Of a stretch of DNA of 64,000 nucleotides, positions 11,679 to 21,298 are shown piece after piece. This DNA is from Candidatus Latescibacterota bacterium. GTDB lineage: Bacteria > Latescibacterota > UBA2968. Under the pieces are notes generated by a model that was not told where the DNA came from, did no database searches, and worked only from the letters and a program-made list of their open reading frames with translations. The position numbers were made by a program, and so were the translations under genes. The stretch's first letter is position 1, and each line of letters starts with the position of its first letter. The stretch is from positions 6,176,001 to 6,240,000 of the forward strand of contig OZ240241.1 in assembly GCA_965198115.1 (NCBI GenBank), given 5' to 3'.

Positions 11679-11834
11679 TGCAGGTCCCTAAGTGAGTGAT
11701 CGCTAACCACTCTTAAATGCATCACAAGCCGTGAAAAGTCAAGTGTATAGAATGCCAGGTAGTGTCCTAATTTGAAAGCCCGACCTCCCGTAGGGGGAGG
11801 CCCGAAAGACCGGGCCCAGAGCTTCACCCGATTA

Positions 11835-11985
11835 TTACTCGGGATCGTCCTTGACATGAATCGGGATGCCCTTCACGCCCAGTTCAGGCGCGGTGACTTC
11901 CCGACCATCCGCCAGTGTCACACGATTAGCGAAACTCGATGTGATAGCCGGGCAGCGGCGGCTACTTCTTCTTCCTGGTGCTCAT
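11835..11985 (-). pseudogene. decayed small basic protein (MSTRKKK*PPLPGYHIEFR / VTLADGREVTAPELGVKGIPIHVKDDPE)
   Basis: Manual translation with one internal stop and one frameshift; resembles small mobile-element/phage proteins (recalled pattern, not searched). Confidence 0.35.
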
Positions 11986-12076
11986 GGTGATTTTGAGAAG
12001 CTGAAAACCGCTCTTACAACCAGTCTTGAGGGACTGAAGGCAGCCTTCGTGCGTGACGAACAGCCCGAGGATGAGA

Positions 12077-12286
12077 GTGGATGAGGTAGGAATTGAACAG
12101 TTGAGGCAAGCAGCGGAACAGCTACACGTGTAAAGCCACATACGAACGTACAGAGCACGCTACAGAAACCTTCCAGGACGAAACCGTTGTGGGATGGGCC
12201 CTGTCGCCGTTTTCGCCCTGGAAGGCCACGCATCGGCGTCTACCGCATACGCTTAGTCGTCTCCCATTCCAGGCTCAGATAGACAG
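12077..12286 (+). pseudogene. decayed hypothetical protein of the 'ETF.G.TVW.G.V.VF.L.GH..A..AYAWS' type often found beside IS1595 elements
   Basis: Manual translation across frameshifts: DEVGIEQLRQAAEQLH / CKATYERTEHATETFQDETV / WDG / PVAVFALEGHASASTAYA*SSPIPGSDRQ. Confidence 0.5.
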
Positions 12287-12353
12287 AGTGATTCAGGCGG
12301 AAATCACGCCCTGCGTCAACGAGACGAGGAGGTGCTTCGAAGTTCCCGAGCGA

Positions 12354-14645
12354 CTACAACTCGTACTGGATCTCCGCAACGGCTATAATGCCTATTTCCG
12401 GGCCACCACCGAATTCAACGTGGTCGTTATCCAGCAGATTCTTCACCGATGCCCGGTAGATCAGTCTGTTCCGGGCCCGGTAGGAAACATCGAGATCGAG
12501 AACCGCATAGGCCGGAACGCGCCCGGTCAACACCCCGCTCCGAAACTCGTAATCGCTCACCCGACGAACGGCCAGCCCGACGGTCGCACCCTCGGTAAGG
12601 GCGTTTCGCCATCTCATCCCCAACTTCACTGTCGCTTCAGGCGTGTTGAACGGCTGCGAAAGCCCCCGCGCATCTTCGAGTGTGTCGGCATCCAGGAATG
12701 AGGCGTTTCCGCTGAAAATCACCTCATCCGTCGCATAGAAGTTCATACCGACATCGACGCCGATGACGTTCTGTTCGCCGAAGTTGATGTTGCTCAGGGT
12801 TTCTTCGAGAACGGGAACGCCCGCCTTATCCAAGATGACCACGCCACTTTGAATGTTACTGATCGGAATCGCACCACTGATGAAATTCTGATAGTGGCTG
12901 CGATACACGCTCACATCCACGAAAACCCGGTTTCCGAAAATACCCTTGAACCCCACCTCGACCGTCTCCACATCCTCCGGAACGAGTGGATCCACGCCTG
13001 CAGCATAGGCCGCGGGCAGGGGACCCCCCGTCAACGAAGCGAACCGGAACCCCGACCCGTTTCCCCGACCCGTCAGACCGGGGAAGATCGGGAGCAGGGC
13101 GAACTGTTGACTCAACGTGGGGCTTTTATAAGCTCGATTGTAGGTAGCACGGAATGCGAGCGTCGGCATCGGCTTGACCACGAGACCGACCTTCGGGCTG
13201 AACTGTGAATCATAGGTTTCCGGATCGTCGAACCGACCCGCGAACGTCAACTGCAACCACGGCGAAGGCATCACATCCACTTGGCCGTAGATGCCGAACA
13301 GGCGAGCGGACGCGTCGCCCCCTTCGAACAGCGGCCCCGTAGACTCATCGTGACGAAAGCTCGCACCCACCGTCGCTCTTCCCAACGCGTGACTCGCTGA
13401 GTAGCGCGCTTCGCCCTCCCAAAAAGCCCACTCCGATCGATCCAGCGCCATCGTCTCAGCCTGTCCCCTCGGCAATCCTTCAGCCATCAGATTGGCCCGC
13501 GTGTTCAGACTGAACGTGTTCCGCGAATCATCTCCAGCACGATAAACATTGATATACCAGTGATCGTCCGAATACTTCATCTGCGTAAAGTAGTTCACAT
13601 ACCCTTTTGTCTGGCTTCGGGCGATCGGATTCAGAAACACCTGATCCATCACTGTCAATCCCGACGTCAGTGACCATTCACCCTCTTTCGTGGGGTAATA
13701 GTAGAGACCCACAGTGGCCGTCTGGAATTCCGACACGAAATCCGGATCATCCGACACGGTCCGAGAACCATCCTGACTCGTGAACGAACGGGCCTCCCCC
13801 CAGCTTTCCCCACGCTGGTAGTCCCCGGCCACCTTGTAGCCCCATCGTCCATTCAGACCCGCGTGGCGGAATCGCCCCTTGAAAATGGATCGGTTCCCAC
13901 CGGACACGACAACAGAGGTCCCACCGGATTCCCGCGGCCCCTTCGATCGCACACTCACGACACCGTTGATCGCGTCGGGCCCATAGAGCGCCGAACCCGG
14001 GCCCACGATCACTTCGATATCCCTCAGATCGTCTTTGGGCAACGTTGGGCCGTAGAGCGGATGCCCGCCGCCAGTCCTCGAGAGACGGCCATCGGTCAGG
14101 ACCAGCATCCGAGTGTTGAACGCTTCGTTGTAACCTCGTGCGTTGAAGCGCTCGTCGAACAATCCGACCTGCGTGTAGTCGATACCCTTCACGCCATCGA
14201 GCGCGCTCGTGTAGGAGGCACCGATCGTGGCGCGCTGAATTTCGGCCCCATCGACTTTCGCGATCGAAATCGGTGCGCTCAAAATGTTCTCAGCATACCG
14301 ACTGGCCGACACGACGATCTCTTCGCCCTCCAGCATCGACGGCGTCAGTCCGAAAACCATCGTCAGGGGCAGTTCGGCTACCCCGTGCACGATAGCACGG
14401 TAGCCGACGCGCGATACGCGCAATCGGTGACCGGCGTGGGGAGCATCGGGGAGTGAAAAGTTTCCATCTGCATCGGCCAGGACAGATCGAACCGGCTCAC
14501 CATTTCGATCGAGCTCCTCCACGAGAGCCCCTTCGAGCACGGCGTTGGATTCCGCATCCACGACCCGACCGGAAAGACCAGAAGCTTCGACCGAATCCGA
14601 TGAACAGAGGATCATCATCGCAACGACAAAAATGAAATAGCGCAT
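12354..14645 (-). CDS. TonB-dependent receptor with N-terminal carboxypeptidase-regulatory-like domain
   Basis: Signal peptide, IVVSASR TonB-box region, plug motif IEVIVGPGSALYG, C-terminal NLLD...YEL. Confidence 0.92.
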   Translation of the reverse strand: MRYFIFVVAMMILCSSDSVEASGLSGRVVDAESNAVLEGALVEELDRNGEPVRSVLADADGNFSLPDAPHAGHRLRVSRVGYRAIVHGVAELPLTMVFGLTPSMLEGEEIVVSASRYAENILSAPISIAKVDGAEIQRATIGASYTSALDGVKGIDYTQVGLFDERFNARGYNEAFNTRMLVLTDGRLSRTGGGHPLYGPTLPKDDLRDIEVIVGPGSALYGPDAINGVVSVRSKGPRESGGTSVVVSGGNRSIFKGRFRHAGLNGRWGYKVAGDYQRGESWGEARSFTSQDGSRTVSDDPDFVSEFQTATVGLYYYPTKEGEWSLTSGLTVMDQVFLNPIARSQTKGYVNYFTQMKYSDDHWYINVYRAGDDSRNTFSLNTRANLMAEGLPRGQAETMALDRSEWAFWEGEARYSASHALGRATVGASFRHDESTGPLFEGGDASARLFGIYGQVDVMPSPWLQLTFAGRFDDPETYDSQFSPKVGLVVKPMPTLAFRATYNRAYKSPTLSQQFALLPIFPGLTGRGNGSGFRFASLTGGPLPAAYAAGVDPLVPEDVETVEVGFKGIFGNRVFVDVSVYRSHYQNFISGAIPISNIQSGVVILDKAGVPVLEETLSNINFGEQNVIGVDVGMNFYATDEVIFSGNASFLDADTLEDARGLSQPFNTPEATVKLGMRWRNALTEGATVGLAVRRVSDYEFRSGVLTGRVPAYAVLDLDVSYRARNRLIYRASVKNLLDNDHVEFGGGPEIGIIAVAEIQYEL

Positions 14646-14805
14646 ATCGTTCCTTAATTTACTTAGAGCGAGGGGGAGCTTTCAACGATCAGCTTGGAAA
14701 AGATACGGACGCACCAAACTGAAGCAAGGTTAGCCCCAAAGGTGCTTGTCTCTCTCCGCAAGCATGGCCATATTCCAAACCCCAAAACGCAAGGGAGACT
14801 CAAAC

Positions 14806-15258
14806 GTGTCAGACTGGAAGAACCACGGCGTACGCATCGTCAAAGCCGGTGAAATGGACACGAACACACCGCAGACGCCCGGCATGAACCGCGCAGCCGC
14901 CATAGACCACGCGATGGCTGGCGCCAACAAGCTTTGGGCAGGCACTGTCACGATCCACCCGGATGCCAAGACCGGTGCCCATCACCACAGCGCGCTCGAA
15001 AGCGTCATCTACATCGTCAGCGGAAAGGCACGGATGCGCTGGGGCGATCGCCTCGAGTACGTCGCCGAAGCGGAAACAGGTGACTTCATCTACGTACCTC
15101 CCTACGTGCCCCATCAGGAGATCAACGCCAGCGAAAACGAACCGTTGTCCTGCGTGCTCGTTCGCAGCGATCAGGAACCCGTTGTCGTCAACCTCGACAT
15201 CGCACCAGCCGAGTCCCCCGAACCCGTCCGCTGGGTCGGCCCCAACCATCCCGAGTGA
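14806..15258 (+). CDS. cupin domain protein
   Basis: AHHHSALE and GDFIYVPPYVPHQE cupin motifs. Confidence 0.88.
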   Translation: MSDWKNHGVRIVKAGEMDTNTPQTPGMNRAAAIDHAMAGANKLWAGTVTIHPDAKTGAHHHSALESVIYIVSGKARMRWGDRLEYVAEAETGDFIYVPPYVPHQEINASENEPLSCVLVRSDQEPVVVNLDIAPAESPEPVRWVGPNHPE

Positions 15259-15282
15259 AACCGTTATCCTGATCAGCAAAAT

Positions 15283-15317
15283 GGCCACTCAACGCTTCCG
15301 TCGAGTGGCCTTTCATT
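15283..15317 (+). terminator. putative intrinsic terminator between convergent genes
   Basis: GGCCACTC-loop-GAGTGGCC followed by TTTCATT. Confidence 0.45.
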
Positions 15318-15351
15318 CCTCCGTGCCATCGTGAATGCCATCGTGCGAACC

Positions 15352-16431
15352 TTAACTCTCCCCTGCTCCCTGCCTGTCCTGAGCGGAGGCGAAGGGCCCC
15401 CCTCCCCCCTGCAAGAACTCTTCCGGTGGTTTCTCAATAGCTAGACTATAATCCCGCTGCTCGGGATGCGGATGCCCCCCGGGGCCATACTTTCCTTCCG
15501 CGGTCGACTCCCGATCGAGCGGTATGAACGTCTCGGAAATCCCTGCATCCGAAACGTCGAAACGATAGAACCCGAGTCGCCAATCGCCGTCCGGCCAGAG
15601 GTCGCGTGCTTGCGGCATCGCAATCCCCGCACAGCGATAGAATCGAATGCCGTCCGCTTCCTGTGGAGGACGGCGGCAATGAATGTGTCCGCTCAGGACC
15701 ATTCCGACACCGGTTGCCTTAAAAGCTTCCAACATTCTCGACCGGTGCGGCTGATCGATCGAAAAGTACCATTTGCGATATTCGTCTTCCTTCGTGATAT
15801 CCCACGTCGGTTCGTCCGGCTCGTCGATGAACAGCGAGTAATGCATCATCATCACGTGATGATCTGCGCCTTCGAGCGAGGGCAGTTCCTTTTCGAGCCA
15901 CTCCCACATCCGAGTCTCGTATGATAGACCGGATCCTGCGACGGCGGCGTAGAATCCGCTGAAACGCACGTTCCTATGCATAAACGACCACGGGAACTCC
16001 CCAAAGAACTTCGCGAAGTGATCCAGTTGCTCGGCCGTCACGTTCAGCCGCGGATCGTCCCGACCTGTTGGGCCTGCGACCGATGTGTGCTTGTTGCACG
16101 TATCCATATTCCCGGGGATCGCGTAATAGGGATAGGACAGGGCGCCCAGCCGCGTCTTCGCCTCTTCGCATTCGAAATCGTGAATCGCGCCGTCGCGCGT
16201 GAGGTCACCACCGACCAACAGGAGATCGACGTCGTCGATGGCACCAAGCTGTCGGTAAGCCGTTTCGGCATTCTCCGCCATAGCCGGGTTGAACCGGTAG
16301 GACCTTGGCGACCCCGGTTGAAGATCGCAAATGTGCAAGAATGACCGGGTTTCTATCGTAGGAGCTCCGTGGGTCTGGAAAGCAGTATGGATTATCACGT
16401 AGACGTTAGCTCTGCCACAGTCTTGCTTCAA
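15352..16431 (-). CDS. calcineurin-like metallophosphoesterase (start uncertain; C-terminal tail is repeat-derived)
   Basis: HICD, GGDL, PGNMD, MMH and SGHIH motifs. Confidence 0.8.
   Translation of the reverse strand: MKQDCGRANVYVIIHTAFQTHGAPTIETRSFLHICDLQPGSPRSYRFNPAMAENAETAYRQLGAIDDVDLLLVGGDLTRDGAIHDFECEEAKTRLGALSYPYYAIPGNMDTCNKHTSVAGPTGRDDPRLNVTAEQLDHFAKFFGEFPWSFMHRNVRFSGFYAAVAGSGLSYETRMWEWLEKELPSLEGADHHVMMMHYSLFIDEPDEPTWDITKEDEYRKWYFSIDQPHRSRMLEAFKATGVGMVLSGHIHCRRPPQEADGIRFYRCAGIAMPQARDLWPDGDWRLGFYRFDVSDAGISETFIPLDRESTAEGKYGPGGHPHPEQRDYSLAIEKPPEEFLQGGGGPFASAQDRQGAGES
15357..15410 (-). repeat. CCTTCG(A/C)CTCCGCTCAGGACAGG palindromic repeat copy within a CDS
   Basis: rc GGGGGGCCCTTCGCCTCCGCTCAGGACAGGCAGGGAGCAGGGGAGAG, nearly identical to 60385-60437. 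Confidence 0.75.
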
Positions 16432-16528
16432 ACCGTGCCCGAATTCTCACCGGATCGGCTCTGGCTGGCAAAAGCGCCGGAATCGGGCCCAATTTTACGC
16501 ATTTTATCTCGTAAGACAAACTTATCCC

Positions 16529-16557
16529 TTGCTGAAGCGAACGACCTCTCGTATATT
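16529..16557 (+). promoter_or_regulatory. sigma70-like promoter of the cold-shock gene
   Basis: TTGCTG-17 nt-TATATT about 160 nt upstream of the csp start. Confidence 0.55.
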
Positions 16558-16623
16558 CAACGCAGATTAAGACGGAATGCTGTAGTTCTGTACCCTGTGC
16601 AAGTCATCAAGCGATAAGAGACT

Positions 16624-16665
16624 GAGGCAAGGATCAGAAGCACCGATCCCTGCCTCTTTTTATTT
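16624..16665 (+). terminator. terminator-like hairpin in the csp 5' leader
   Basis: GAGGCAAGGATC...GATCCCTGCCTC followed by TTTTTATTT. Confidence 0.55.
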
Positions 16666-16714
16666 AGCTAAGGACGTTGCACGAAGAAATCCGAGGAAAG
16701 GTGGTGAAGTAAAG

Positions 16715-16915
16715 TTGGCAGAAGGCACAGTCAAGTGGTTTAACGACAGCAAGGGCTTCGGCTTCATCGAGCAGGACGGTGGCGAGGACGTTTTCGTTCA
16801 CTACTCCGCGATTCAGGGTGACGGCTTCAAGACCCTGGCCGAAGGCGAACTCGTCGAGTTCGAGATCCAACAGGGACCCAAGGGTCTCCAGGCTGCGAAC
16901 GTGACCAAGCGATAA
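16715..16915 (+). CDS. cspA: cold-shock protein
   Basis: 66 aa, [32 protein letters not shown]; TTG start. Confidence 0.96.
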   Translation: MAEGTVKWFNDSKGFGFIEQDGGEDVFVHYSAIQGDGFKTLAEGELVEFEIQQGPKGLQAANVTKR

Positions 16916-16935
16916 TCGCTTTTTAGCGTCATGAC

Positions 16936-16971
16936 AAAAGGGGTACGGATCCAGGATCCGTGCCCCTTTTT
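16936..16971 (+). terminator. bidirectional intrinsic terminator
   Basis: AAAAGGGGTACGGATC-loop-GATCCGTGCCCCTTTTT between convergent genes. Confidence 0.8.
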
Positions 16972-17033
16972 ATGTCTTGCTCGATTCTGCCGGCTCATCT
17001 GGGAAAGTGTCCCACGTTCGTAGGTCCGGTGCG

Positions 17034-17921
17034 TCAAGTGGGCACCATCCACTTTTCGCGTTCCCACTGCTTTTCCGAGATGCGGTTCACGTACTCTTCG
17101 CCCAGATGATCCAGCAGCCAACCCTTCAGCGGCACATCGGCATCCGTTGGCTGCCACCAGCCCTTCACGTCCACTCCGTCCCCGAGCAATTGTCGCCGAA
17201 TTGGGTCACACTTCGCCAGGATCTCTTCCGGAATCAGATTGTAGTCCAGACCCCGCAGCCACCGGTAGCTGTAACCCAAAAAGATAACCTTTCGTGTCTG
17301 ATCAGAAGTGTTGATGCCTCGTGAGTGCCACATCCGTCGATCGAAGAAAACGGCGGTACCCGCCTTCACCCGAACTTGCACCACACCTTCGTAATCCTCG
17401 TCCGGGCTGCGATCCGGCATCACGTCACGCTTGTGGCTTCCCGGAATGATTCGAATCCCCCCGTGGTCGGGGTCGTCGATGTCGCTCAACCAGAACGCGA
17501 CCTTCAATGATAAACGTGGATGAGGCCGCTCCATTTCCGGAACCGGCCTGCCGCCATCCTGGTGCCACCCGCCGTGCTTCAAATCGATGGCTGACTCCGG
17601 TTCGGGCGGATAATAGATCAGATGGGAGATGTAGTGCTGGATGTTCCATCCCAGAATGTCCCACAAGAGCGGGAACGTCTTCGGATTGTCCAGCAACTCC
17701 AGAAAAACATCATCTTCAACAATCGTCCTGAACTTCGACAACAACGCATCCGGCGCCATCTCCTTGGCCGCCCGTTCTTCGGCATCCACCCGGTCCGCAG
17801 CTGTCACCAACCGACCCAACAGATCATCGTCAATCGCGTTCTCGACGATCAGGTAGCCTTCTTCGTCGAACTGTGACCGCTGTTCATCTGTCATCCTGTG
17901 TTCAAGACACGAAGTGTCCAT
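17034..17921 (-). CDS. phytanoyl-CoA dioxygenase (PhyH) family protein
   Basis: FDEEGYL, WHQD, IPGSH, KAGTAVFF..R.WH motifs. Confidence 0.9.
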   Translation of the reverse strand: MDTSCLEHRMTDEQRSQFDEEGYLIVENAIDDDLLGRLVTAADRVDAEERAAKEMAPDALLSKFRTIVEDDVFLELLDNPKTFPLLWDILGWNIQHYISHLIYYPPEPESAIDLKHGGWHQDGGRPVPEMERPHPRLSLKVAFWLSDIDDPDHGGIRIIPGSHKRDVMPDRSPDEDYEGVVQVRVKAGTAVFFDRRMWHSRGINTSDQTRKVIFLGYSYRWLRGLDYNLIPEEILAKCDPIRRQLLGDGVDVKGWWQPTDADVPLKGWLLDHLGEEYVNRISEKQWEREKWMVPT

Positions 17922-17932
17922 TCTGCCTCCGG

Positions 17933-19027
17933 TCACTTTCCCTTTTCTATGACCTCACGGAACCGACTCGCCACGACGGCTGATTCACCCAGCTCCATCA
18001 TATACGGCATGAACTCCACGCCTGTCTCGTGTGCAAAAACTTCGATCCGGGGTTCACCCTGCGACAGGGCGACTTGCGCTTCGTCCGGCGTCAGCTCCAC
18101 CGTCTTTGCGTCCCACCCGATCTGGAGAATCGGGGCCACGTTGGAACGACCCGGCTCGCGGATGGCTCGTGTCATCGAAGGGACGTGGGCCACGGCCTGC
18201 CAGATCGATTCCAACCACGCCTCCCACTCCGCCCACTCGGCTTCGTGGTCGCGTTCGACCCATCGCTCGACGGCTGCGAGCAGACCCATCACCTCTTCCT
18301 TCCCCGCCTTCATCGGGCGCCCGATCGAATGGTGCGGCGCACCGTGTTGAAAAGCCGTCCATAGCAGGTCACGCTTTCCCAGGACGAGGCCCGACGATTG
18401 CGGCCCCCGGAGGCACTTCCCACCGCTGTAGGCAACGGCATCTGCCCCCTCGGCCAGGTATCGATTCGGCACGTCAGGGCGTTCCGCCGCCGCGTCGACG
18501 AACACTGGAATCCCCTCCTGTTTGCCGATCGCCGTCATCTGTGACACGGCAACGTCCCCTCGGTCCGCTGCATCCCCGAACACAGCCAGCATCGCCGTCC
18601 GATCGCCGATCGCCCCCTCCATCTCCTCCAGCGTATCGACCTCGATCATCTTCGCGCCCGTCATTCGGATCGCGTGATTGTAGACGTGCTGGTGTTTCTT
18701 CTGGATCACGACCTCATCTTTCATCCCCGCCGCATCGGGCAACTGCCTGATCGCATCCGCATCATCGCCCGCCATACACGCCGCCGTCACCTGACAGATG
18801 GCCGCCGCGCACCCGTTCGTCACCAACCCGAACTCGCAGTGCATCACCTCTGCAATTCGCTCACCGACCTTCTCCATCAGCTCATCCAAATGGACATACC
18901 GTTCCGACGCGGCCGTCATCGCCGCCTTCGCTTCCGGCAACAGTAGCGATCCGCTGATGATCGTATACGTTCCGCGGCAATTGATCAGCGGTCGAACGCC
19001 GATCGATTCATAGGTGGGGTAGGTCAT
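17933..19027 (-). CDS. PLP-dependent SelA-like/DgaE-family enzyme
   Basis: INCRGTYT..GS, VDAAAE, YSGGKCLRGPQ (PLP lysine), IGRPMKAGKEE. Confidence 0.8.
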   Translation of the reverse strand: MTYPTYESIGVRPLINCRGTYTIISGSLLLPEAKAAMTAASERYVHLDELMEKVGERIAEVMHCEFGLVTNGCAAAICQVTAACMAGDDADAIRQLPDAAGMKDEVVIQKKHQHVYNHAIRMTGAKMIEVDTLEEMEGAIGDRTAMLAVFGDAADRGDVAVSQMTAIGKQEGIPVFVDAAAERPDVPNRYLAEGADAVAYSGGKCLRGPQSSGLVLGKRDLLWTAFQHGAPHHSIGRPMKAGKEEVMGLLAAVERWVERDHEAEWAEWEAWLESIWQAVAHVPSMTRAIREPGRSNVAPILQIGWDAKTVELTPDEAQVALSQGEPRIEVFAHETGVEFMPYMMELGESAVVASRFREVIEKGK

Positions 19028-19132
19028 TGATCTTCCTTGAGCACTTTGACAAGATTCTCGGGCCAAGCATCCCGTCGGTGATTGCCCATACCCGCCCGAA
19101 TGTTAGACCGCGACACGGTCGCGAGGGGACGG

Positions 19133-20113
19133 TCAGGCTCGCGCATACGCGTATTCGAAGACACGCTCCTCCGCCACGAACGGGGCCAGGTCATCCAACC
19201 CGAGCGCTTGAATGGCTGCCGCAACCAGCACATCCTCATCTTCCGATTCCCGGTAGGCGGTGCCCGCTGCCACGAGCGCGTCCAGTGGGACCAGCCCGAT
19301 CAGCTCGCTGCCTGTGACTTCCACACCGAGAGTGGACGCCTCTTTCCGGCAGGCCTCGAACACGGCGGGCAGGGGAGCGATCGTATGATCGAGAATGTTG
19401 AACGTCACCTGGGCGCGCTCGTAGGCATCGATATACCAACCATCGCCCTGAAGTGCCCGGAATCGCCCTGCATCGGTGTCGCCTGGGCGACCTGACGATC
19501 GAAGACGATATGCGATTTCCCGGGCCACGGTTGCATCATCCGACGCCAGGTTCACATTCCACGCTACCAGAAACGACCGGGCGCCGGTCACCGTGGCACC
19601 GGATCTGGCATTGAAGGTCGCCGGCCCGAAGTCAGGGGTAAAATCCGATCGCTGTAGTTTCTCCGGTAGGGCTTCGTATTCCCCGCGTCGAATCGCCGGC
19701 AGGGACACCCGCGCGTCGTGTCGGGCAGCGGCCCCGTACAGATACACCGGTATCTCCAGCTCCGACCCGACGCGTGAACCCACAGATTCCGACATTGCGA
19801 TGCACGCGTCCATCGACGTATCACCGACGGGCACGAACGGGCACACATCCGTCGCCCCCATCCTCGGATGCGTTCCTTGGTGGTTTGACATATCGATCGC
19901 TTCGGTCGCCTGCTCGATGCCTCGATACGCACCCTCTTCAACCGCCTCAGCCGACCCGGCAAACGTCACCACGGTACGATGTGTGTCATATCCCGGGTCG
20001 ATACTCAGCACACGGACGTTCGCCGACGCGATCGCTTCTACGATCGAATCAATCGCACCGACATCTCGCCCCTCGCTGAAGTTGGGAACGCACTCAACCA
20101 GATCCGTACTCAT
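19133..20113 (-). CDS. ftcD: glutamate formimidoyltransferase
   Basis: VECVPNFSEGR, HQGTHPRMGATDVCPFVP, SELIGLVP. Confidence 0.92.
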   Translation of the reverse strand: MSTDLVECVPNFSEGRDVGAIDSIVEAIASANVRVLSIDPGYDTHRTVVTFAGSAEAVEEGAYRGIEQATEAIDMSNHQGTHPRMGATDVCPFVPVGDTSMDACIAMSESVGSRVGSELEIPVYLYGAAARHDARVSLPAIRRGEYEALPEKLQRSDFTPDFGPATFNARSGATVTGARSFLVAWNVNLASDDATVAREIAYRLRSSGRPGDTDAGRFRALQGDGWYIDAYERAQVTFNILDHTIAPLPAVFEACRKEASTLGVEVTGSELIGLVPLDALVAAGTAYRESEDEDVLVAAAIQALGLDDLAPFVAEERVFEYAYARA

Positions 20114-20164
20114 TCACTCACCCGCTAGAATGTCGTACTTGCCATCACAGGCGAAAGCCGTCGT

Positions 20165-20197
20165 TTCTGTCCTCTGACTTCTGTCGTCTGTCCTCTG
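20165..20197. repeat. degenerate 7-bp tandem repeat (xTCTGxC)n
   Basis: TTCTGTC CTCTGAC TTCTGTC GTCTGTC CTCTG. Confidence 0.6.
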
Positions 20198-20292
20198 CAA
20201 CCGGGCGAAGCTATCGTACCCAGAAAGAGCAACATAGGATGGGTGGCGTCCAGGTCAAACCGCTGATTGTTCGGGACGATTGGCATAAGAAC

Positions 20293-20321
20293 TTGACCAC
20301 TGCCCCTCTGAGCGGTATTTG
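20293..20321 (+). promoter_or_regulatory. putative sigma70 promoter of the aldolase gene
   Basis: TTGACC-17 nt-TATTTG. Confidence 0.35.
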
Positions 20322-20375
20322 GGATGACCAACTACGAAAAGAATCTCTGCGATCATTTGCACCGAGTGAGGGAAG

Positions 20376-21290
20376 ATGCCCAAGCATCGGGTGAACAGAT
20401 GCATCGAATTGCTCGAACAGGAAGACTATCTCTTCTACGCCAACGCAGGAGAACTCACTCGGTCAAATGGAAGAAAGCATGCGAAGACGTGGGCCGACTT
20501 TCTGATGGTCGATTTCGAACACGATCCTTTCAACGTCGCAGGACTCCGGGCGTTTATGCAAGGCCTGACGGAGGGCGGTCCCACACGATCAGGTCACCGT
20601 ACCCCTGCCGTAATCGCTACGCTCCCTTCGAATGCACGGACGCCTCACGAGGTTCACGTCAATGCCTGGCAGGTTCGACACGTCCTGGCCTCGGGCGTCC
20701 ACGGCATCCTGCACACCCACGTGAGACAGGCTGATGCGGCGAGAGCCTTCGTCGAAGAGTGTCGATACCCCTTCCCCACCACAGGTCTTGGCGGGGGACT
20801 GCGACAGGGTCAACGTGGGTCGGGAGGCCAGAGTTTTCCGGCCGGCATTTGGGGGATCCCAGCATCCGAATACACCAGGCTGGCTGATCCCTGGCCACTC
20901 AACCCCGATGGTGAACTGATGCTCGGGCTAAAAATCGAAGACCGAGAGGGGGCGGCGAACGCCAAATTCATAACAAAGGTACCCGGTATCGCCTTTGCTG
21001 AATGGGGACCTAGCGATATGGCGATGTCCTATGGCCACGCGGACGCACAGAGTCCACCCTACCCATCCGAAATGGAAATCGCAGGTCAATTGGTCAAACA
21101 GGCGTGTGACGTGGCGAGCATCGTCCTGCTGGATGGACCCGACGATAAGCCGGCGGAGAACGAGGACCCCCTGAATCCGGAATCTTGCGTTCGATCGCTG
21201 ATGGAACTGGGTGTTCGGATCATCTCGGGAGGAAGCGAAGAAATGGCCAGGATTGGACGCAGGATATCTGGAAGGACGATGCCCGTGTAA
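20376..21290 (+). CDS. HpcH/HpaI aldolase/citrate lyase family protein
   Basis: VDFEH, LKIED.EG, WGPSDMAMS motifs. Confidence 0.82.
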   Translation: MPKHRVNRCIELLEQEDYLFYANAGELTRSNGRKHAKTWADFLMVDFEHDPFNVAGLRAFMQGLTEGGPTRSGHRTPAVIATLPSNARTPHEVHVNAWQVRHVLASGVHGILHTHVRQADAARAFVEECRYPFPTTGLGGGLRQGQRGSGGQSFPAGIWGIPASEYTRLADPWPLNPDGELMLGLKIEDREGAANAKFITKVPGIAFAEWGPSDMAMSYGHADAQSPPYPSEMEIAGQLVKQACDVASIVLLDGPDDKPAENEDPLNPESCVRSLMELGVRIISGGSEEMARIGRRISGRTMPV

Positions 21291-21298
21291 CATGATCA

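Noticed and set aside
11772-11845. Multi-hairpin sequence as a riboswitch or ribozyme
   Set aside because: No recognisable aptamer or hammerhead core; it looks more like REP remnants (GTAGGG..., GGGAGGTCGGGCTTTC)
17933-19027. SelA-like gene as the selenocysteine synthase serving the 55-56 kb selenoprotein
   Set aside because: At about 364 aa, with the GRPMKAGKEE motif, it fits the shorter SelA-like/DgaE group; no selB or selC lies nearby
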